NCBI GenBank assembly: GCA_951406725.2
Contig: OX597815.1
Coordinates: forward strand, 43,710,001-43,774,000
Direction of reading: 5' to 3'
DNA: 64,000 bases
Source: Octopus vulgaris
Taxonomy: Eukaryota
In this document: positions 56,130-64,000 of the stretch, in pieces
Layout of the letters: the number at the start of each line of letters is the position of its first letter
Numbering within the stretch: the first letter of the stretch is position 1
Program-made: the position numbers and the translations under genes
The notes under the pieces: generated by a model
Seen by the model: only the letters and a program-made list of their open reading frames with translations
What the model was told of the DNA's origin: nothing
Databases searched by the model: none

Positions 56130-56400
56130 ATTCAAGCCGTATAATTCTTGAGAGAAAGTGGCCTTCAAGTATCTTACACTGGGAAGGTTGAAGTCTCCCA
56201 TAACAAATACACTGATAGGGCGATCCAGTTTTGTTTCTATATCCCCTGCTTTTTTGTGAGGCAGTTTTCAAACTTATCCTGTTATTTAGCGCATCGGATG
56301 GGCAGCATGCTACATTTATAACTAACTCGACTTGTGATATATGTACAATTGGTGAGTCAACTATACACAATTTGAATATAATACCAGCAGAGCACAGAGC
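56130..56400 (-). mobile_element. APE-endonuclease relic of a LINE (CR1/L2-like)
   Basis: Minus-strand frame reads [18 protein letters not shown] (GDFN motif), preceded by a degenerate YRPP-like segment; frameshifted. Confidence 0.6.
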
Positions 56401-56420
56401 AGAGTGTTTGTGTGTGTATA

Positions 56421-56506
<86 letters not shown>

Positions 56507-56601
56507 TATATATACATATATACATACATATATATATTATTACATATACATATATATATACATACATATATATATATATACATATACATATACATACACA
56601 T

Positions 56602-56650
<49 letters not shown>

Positions 56651-56665
56651 CATATACATACACAT

Positions 56666-56723
<58 letters not shown>

Positions 56724-56882
56724 GAGGCAATAAACAATGTCCAGATATGCTCCAAACGATCATGCGCACTTAATCTCATCAACATTGTTAAATAAAACAA
56801 CCTAATTTTATATACCAAAGTTTCAGGATCTGGTGGACCCGGCGTATTTATGTGTGTGTATGTGTGTGAATGTGTGTGTATG

Positions 56883-56913
<31 letters not shown>

Positions 56914-57185
56914 TTGTAGGGTTATAATTTTATGAACTGAATTGTGTGTTTTTTTATTATTTTTTATGTATATATGTCTGATTTAAATTTAAATGTGAGT
57001 GTGCATATATTTTCCTTGAGGTTAGTTATGGAACTAGGAGTCCAATATGTAGAATAACTGTGTTTGTTAATGTATATTGATATATTTTGTTTATTTTGTA
57101 TTATTGTATTAATGAGTATATATATATGTGTAGTATTATGAGTGTCTATGCACACATTTTTATATTTTATATTTTTATATTTATA

Positions 57186-57691
57186 CTAGCAGTATCGCCC
57201 GGCGTTGCTCGGGTTTGTTAGGGAAATAACTATATAAGCATTTTTAGAGAGTTACTTCCCTTATAAATTCGGGCTTTCTTAGCCATTTTTGTTTTGGTGT
57301 CTTCAAGCCATGAAGTCGTTGTTCTAAAAGAACGCTGGTCTCCTTCACAACGCATTACGACGTTGATTTCTTTACACTCCCTTCCCCACAGCTTCACGAG
57401 GGAGGGAAGGGGGAGAAGCAAACAGGTGCAGCTGTGAGCGTGGACGCCAACTCCGCCGCCATCGACACACGATGCATTTTATGCATTAAAATGGAATAAA
57501 AAATGATGTTAAATTATTTTTAAAATCGTAGACTCATCGTTGACGCGCGCTAATAGTCAGACGGGCTCGATATGAATCACGACTATAAGATACCCGAATT
57601 TGGTTAAACTGCACCGCAAAATGTGGGAGGAGTTAGGAATCTAAATCGAAGGGGACAGACACTCACACAACTAGAGTTTTATATATATAGA
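57186..57691 (-). mobile_element. Non-autonomous Helitron (506 bp)
   Basis: Minus strand begins TC, ends with hairpin cccgagcaacgccggg followed by CTAG, sits between A and T, no TSD. Confidence 0.85.
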
Positions 57692-57728
57692 TGTATAAAA
57701 ATTTTTTCACACTTATATTAAATTAAAT

Positions 57729-57839
57729 TCTCTGAAGCGGCCGTGGGACATCCTTGTTAATGTCTCATTTATACCTGCCTTATATGGCTTATAGGTTAAA
57801 TGAGGCATACTTGTCCTCACGGCCGAAACAGCTGTCAGA
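57729..57839 (+). ncRNA. Type I hammerhead motif with about 86-nt stem II (A9C)
   Basis: ucu-CUGAAGC-ggccgugggaca..cucauuua..accu gcc uuauau ggc..aggu uaaaugag..uguccucacggcc-GAA-ACAGCUGU-C-aga; GUC site at 57836. Confidence 0.75.
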
Positions 57840-58020
57840 TATGATATAATTATATATTATATTTTATATTTTATATTTCTATTTCCTTGTCTAATTATAT
57901 TTACAATATATTTTGTATAATGCCTTTGCTGTTATGTAATGGTGTAATAAAGTATTGATTGGGTATCATCTGATGGTTGATGTTTGATTGATTTAAGTAT
58001 GTTTCTCCATTTTCTAATTT

Positions 58021-58063
<43 letters not shown>

Positions 58064-58099
58064 GGGGTGTGTGAATGCGTGTGTATGTATATATATATA

Positions 58100-58977
58100 C
58101 GGGGTGGGTACTCAAGCAACCGACAACGCTCTTTGTAGGACAAGCTCGTTGTAGTTCAGCCTTCTGCCACTAGAAGCGACTTGATGCGACCCTCAGGCAT
58201 CAGTATGCCGACCGGCTTCACCGAGTGTAGTCCTACTGCCACGTGGTGGCGTCTTTGCTTTGCAGTGTTTCTCCCTTGTCGTCGATTTTTGTTATGGCTG
58301 AAACGAATGAACAGCGTGCTTCCATGAAATAATGTTTTCTGCTGGGGAAAACGGCAGCCAAAACAGTTACCATGCTTCAAATAGCTTACAAGGATGCTGC
58401 CACGAGCAGAACACAAGTTTACGAGTGATTTTCAAGCTCTAGGAAAGGCCACTTGTTGCTTGAAGGCCAACCTCGTTCAGGGTGTCTGTCAACCTCCTGA
58501 ATGAATGAAAACATGAAAATTCATGAACTGATTTTGTATAACAATTGACGAAAATATTGATATGACTGGTGTATACGGGAGTCCTACCAGCGAATTTTGA
58601 ACGACGGGTTGCGAATGAAAAGAGTTGCTGTAAAAATATGTGCCCCGCTTACTCTCGGAAGATCGAAAGCAATCACAATTAAAAGCTTGCCATGGATTGA
58701 GAGAACAGCTGGATGTTCATCTGGACCTTTTATCGAAGGTCAACACTGGTGATGAAAACTGGTGCAACACACTTTGCACAAGTAGAAGAGGTGAAGAAAG
58801 AAACCGTGGACGCGTTAAATGGCATCACTTTCCAAGACTTCCAGGGACAGCTTCGAACTTTGGAAAACGAGCCTGGGACGATGCATTGCTTCATCTGGAG
58901 AATAATTTCAAGGCGACAAAAGTGTAAAGTCACTAAAATAATATCGCAAAATTCCAGTTCATTTTGGGCATCCTTCG
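58100..58977 (+). mobile_element. Internally deleted mariner-like transposon (transposase pseudogene)
   Basis: From 58294: MAETNEQRASMK*CFLLGKTAAKT..QVYE*F..QPRSG (HTH region), VPRLL, VNTGDENWC (first catalytic D), then a jump to the C-terminus; TA at both ends, eroded TIRs. Confidence 0.85.
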
Positions 58978-59054
58978 TATATGTATATATATTCTCAATT
59001 TAAATTAAATGCTTTTCGAGTGACACCAAATGCTTCGTTTTTTTCATTTTCTAG

Positions 59055-59134
59055 TTCTATCTATCTATTTATCTATCTATCTACTAGCTATCTATCTATC
59101 TATCTATCTACCTATCCATATATATATATATATC

Positions 59135-59226
<92 letters not shown>

Positions 59227-59689
59227 GGGTGTGTATATGTATGTATGTTTGTTGTACGTATATATATATGATGTGTATATGAATATAAGTATAAATGTAT
59301 GTATATGTATATTACATATGGGAAGGGGCAGAGCTCATTATCTTGCAGAGCCTCCAATACGCACACACACACACACACACATATGTCTCACTGTGCATAC
59401 ATACGTGCGTATGTGTGTTTGTTTATAAGCCAAGAGCAACTATGGAAAAAAAAAACACGGCACGTGTCATTTTGTATACAATATAATGGGTAGAATTTTT
59501 GAAAGACGATAAAAGAAAGACAGACTAAAACTGACTTGGGGGAGGGAGAGATAAAATTAATGGGCAGACTAAGATTGGGGAAAGGTGCAGTCCTTAGAAA
59601 ACAAGTCGTGTGCGGTGCGTGTCTTACAAGCTGGTTGTGTACTTGTAGCTTATATATGTATTTGTGTGTGTATGTATGTATGTATACAT

Positions 59690-59764
<75 letters not shown>

Positions 59765-59863
59765 TATACATATACATATATATGTATTTATATATATTTA
59801 TATATCTGTATTTATATGCATTATATATATGTATGTATTTATATGTATTTATATAGATGTATG

Positions 59864-59909
<46 letters not shown>

Positions 59910-60145
59910 AATAAATATATATATAAATATATATATAAATATATACAAATACCTATATATATACATATATACATATACACACACACATATATATATATCT
60001 ATAAATATATATATATGAATACATATATACACATACATGTATAAATAGATATACGTATATATACACACAAACATAAATATATAAATATATGTATATATAT
60101 ATATACATGCACTCACTTATATGTAAATACATAAATATATGAATG

Positions 60146-60176
<31 letters not shown>

Positions 60177-60251
60177 CCACACGTGTATATGCATATATAT
60201 ATATAGATAGATATAGATATATATATATGCATATATGTATACACACATTTG

Positions 60252-60305
<54 letters not shown>

Positions 60306-60418
60306 CATATATCTAACCACACAAATATATACACATATATATATATACATATATATAAATACATATATATATATACACACATATCTATGTAGACACAAAC
60401 AGACGCACACACATTTCT

Positions 60419-60459
<41 letters not shown>

Positions 60460-60630
60460 TAGTGTTTATGTTAATACGTTTATGTGTGTGTTTATGTAAT
60501 ATATATGAATATCTAATACATAAACCTATAAATAAATGTTTAAGTGTGTTTGCCTGCGCATGTGATTGAGTATGTGTGTGCGTGTGTTGTGTGTGTGTAT
60601 TTGTGTGCGCGCGTGTGCGTGCGTGCATGC
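59055..60630. repeat. Extended (TA)-rich microsatellite field
   Basis: Directly visible. Confidence 0.95.
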
Positions 60631-62539
60631 GTATGTTCTCTCTTTGTTTCCGTTTGTTTCTAAGCAGTCTTTTGTTTCGGGGTGTCAACAGGCTTCTAGT
60701 TCGTACATTCAATAAATTTGAACTCAGTGGTTTTATTTATATTTTTTTTTTCCTTAAGGTGTTCCCCATTAATCGATGAAAGAAAGAAAGAGAGAGAGAG
60801 GGGGGAAGGAGAGAGAGAGAGAGAAAGGCAGAGACGGATTGTTTGTACTTTTTTTCTGTTTTTTTTTAACTTCGATAATGAAAACTATATTCAATACGCA
60901 GTGAAATATATGCATTTATTCGACTAAAAGACTTGAAGGCGGTACCCCAGCATGGCCGCAGTCAGCTGACTGAAACAAGTAAAAGATAAAGGCTAAAAGG
61001 TCTGCAAAATGTAAATAGAAATTTATGCTATTGACCGAGCAAGGGCGGCAACAAAAGAAAACCGTGGTTGTTTGATCCTCTAAAAGTAACGGCCGACTCT
61101 CTTTTTAATCAAACCATACCATTTGGAAAAAGAAAAGACTCATTGGGTAGTATAAACGTTACGACATTATGTCTGAAGAAAAACTTGATGGTCACAGCTG
61201 GAACGTCACTGATCCTAGGTTTTTGAGTTACAAAAAAAAGCATTAATTCTTGTTATCGATTTCTCACATTCACTATAGGAAATTTCTAGGAAATATGGGA
61301 TAGTGTCACAGGTATTTGCAATCTTGTGTTTTTACTTTCTGAGTTCAAACTCTACCGTGGTCGACTTTGCCTTTTATTCTTTCGGGGTCGATAAAATAAG
61401 TACCAGCTGAACACTAGGGTCGATGTAATCGACTTATCCCTTCCCCCACAACTTGCTGGCCTTGTGCCAAAATGTGAAGCCAATGCTTAACTGATAGTAA
61501 GGCGGCAAGCTGGCAAAACCTTTAAGACACCAGGCAAAACAGCGGCATTTCATCCGTATTTGAGAACGCAGTTCAAATTGCGCCAAGGTGGACTTTGCCT
61601 TTGATCCTTTCAAAGACGATAAACTAAGTACCAGTAGAGCATTGGGTTCGATGTAGTGCCAAAATTTCAAACCAATACTTTTTGTTGACCCTGGTACAAT
61701 TAAGGTCAGGTTAACTTCCGTGAAATTTGAATTGAGATCGTAACTAATTATGACGAGCCGGCTGAATCATTAGCATGCCGGACGCTTCTCGTCTTACGTG
61801 CAGAGTTCAAATTCCACCTAGGTCGACTTTGCCCTTCATCCTTTCAAGGACAATAAATTAGCAGTCAAGCACCTAACAAACACACACACACACACACACA
61901 CACACCACACACATACACACACACACACAAAATTTTAGACCTTGTGCCTATAGTGGAAAGATTTACTTCGTGCACTTTCTATGACATTCTACAGTTTCTG
62001 TTACATATTACCCTTCAAACTTTAATGTTGCACTTTAGCAGTATCCTCGCGAGATTAGGCGTAATAAACCATTTTTCTGTGCCGATGACCGATTAGACAC
62101 TCGGTTGTTGACATTTTATTTACGTCATGGAGAAAGACAATACCATTGCAGATTTTATTTCTCATTTCTGAAAAAACACAGAGCATTGTTCCTAATTAAA
62201 TAAATGAATATTATATATATGACTGCTAGTATCATAACAGTGAAAGCTTGATCATCGGATACAATGCCACTTCGTATTTTTTCAGCTCTTTCCGGAATGA
62301 ATTCAAGTTCCGCCGTGGCTAATTTACTTTTCATTCTTTCAGTGTTGAAAAATTAAAGTACCAGTCGAATCCTGGACCTCTCTATGTGCGTATTATTATT
62401 AAAAGCAAATTTCGAAAGCAGGAAAGCTGCGAAAACAGCCTAGAAAACTGGTTGAACACCCTTCATTTCCACAGCTATCCCACATTCAAAATTTACATTA
62501 TTTTTTGTAAAATACAAACCTACTGTGTGTGTGTGTTAT

Positions 62540-62705
62540 ACAGGATGATCAGCTAGTTATAATTTTATTCAACATATATTTCCCTCCCTGATTTACACGC
62601 TTGTTACAGCGGTTCTTCAGCTTTTCTAAGCCCTATAAAGAACGCGGAAGATTGGGCTCCAACCAGGCATTTCGCGATATCCTTAAGACCAGGAACTTTT
62701 TAGAG
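62540..62705. mobile_element. Mariner-derived MITE fragment
   Basis: Shares attttattcaa.ata.ttccc...acac.ctt.ttacagcgg...ttctaagccc..taaa with 27853-27947, which ends in aacttttcagcatccctcg-ta. Confidence 0.5.
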
Positions 62706-62709
62706 TTAT

Positions 62710-62760
<51 letters not shown>

Positions 62761-62787
62761 TTGTTATATATGTATATATATTGTTAT

Positions 62788-63109
62788 ACTCTTTTACTTG
62801 TTTCAGTCATTTGACTGTGGCCATGCAAGAGCACCGCCTTTAGTCGAGCAACTCGACCCCAGGACTTATTCTTTGTATGCCTAGTACTTATTCTATCGGT
62901 CTCTTTTGCCGAACCACTAGGTTACCGGGATGTCAAGCGATGTTGGGGGGGGGGGGGGACAAACACACACACACACATATATACATATACATATATACGA
63001 CGGGTTTCTTTCAGTTTCCGTCTACCAAATCCAAGGTGCCGCGCATTGAAACTGAACCCGGAACCATGTGGTTGGTAAGCAAGCTACTTACCACCCAGCC
63101 ACTCCTGCG
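62788..63109 (-). mobile_element. SINE family B copy with internal deletions
   Basis: Matches tail, body and head of 44682-45085 in reverse. Confidence 0.85.
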
Positions 63110-64000
63110 TATATATATATATATATATAGTGTTATAAATTTTTATATTGTTATAAGAATTTATAAAGATCGAGAGAACGTGAAATAATTGTTTAGAATT
63201 GTGTACCTCGAAGTAGACAAAGCAATAGATAACAGCTTGTAAATATTGGCTTAAAGGCTTGAACTCACATCTCCAGGAAATATTACAGGCGTTTTACCAT
63301 TATTGGACCCATTTGTTTCAGAATCAGTCACGTTGCGCTGCCCGGAGGTTCACAGGTCTTGAATGAAAAAAAGAAGGACCGCGTGAGTGGTAAACAATTT
63401 CTTTTCGTTGGTACTAGAAACATTCAAAGATCGAAAGGAAACAGAAATACAGAGGAAAGAAACTCGTCACATTGGCGTCGCTTTAGAGCAAGTACGAAAC
63501 TTTACGATAGTCATTGTTTTTAGCTACGTATTTTCATTGTTCGAATCTGACAGACAGAATAACAGAAAAAAAAAAGAGTTTTTAACTTAATCTGGTAGAT
63601 GAAATAAACTCTATCCTATTGTAAAAGAATCCTGTAGCTAAACAAAAGGGAAAATATTACTTGTAGAACAATAGAAACGATACTTTATTGAATCTGGTTT
63701 GACAAACCTTTATCATCTCAGATCTAATCAGTACCAGCTTTCATTTTTCATCCTTTAAGGTAAGTAGTATTGAGAAATGGGGTGATTTGGGCACAACATG
63801 AAGCTAACGAACTTTCCGGCCAATATTCATTGCCCATACTGTCAACTTATACCTAATTAAACGTGGGTGTTGAGGGCAATTAATGGTGCATTGCTTTCTC
63901 TTTCTCAAGGATACAATGCATTGTTGGTGACGATGCACTAACTGCAGTTTTTGCAGCCCATAAAATTACACCCCTCTGAGTAGAACAGCTGCGAACTCCC

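Overview
AT-rich, repeat-saturated animal genomic DNA. The SINE families and microsatellite load resemble an octopus (coleoid cephalopod) genome; this assignment is from recall and is unverified. I find no intact protein-coding gene, and most ORFs in the track are translated microsatellites or SINE bodies. Recognisable content: four tRNA-derived SINE families in many copies, a deleted R4/Dong-type LINE ending in (TAA)n, a decayed Penelope-like element (RT + GIY-YIG) plus a second PLE 3' end, a LINE endonuclease relic, a deleted mariner, a hAT-type MITE, two non-autonomous Helitrons, and a possible promoter/5' exon near 41.5-42.0 kb. The most notable unexplained signal is a set of type I hammerhead ribozyme (HHR) motifs from several unrelated short repeat families. 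These include a two-copy family with a compensatory G3-C8 core, a tandem HHR-HHR unit 447 nt apart inside a flank duplication, HHRs with very long stem II, a tRNA-headed HHR relic, and long fold-back hairpins next to HHR relics. There is also one HDV-like ribozyme relic. All RNA folds were read by eye and need computational and biochemical confirmation.
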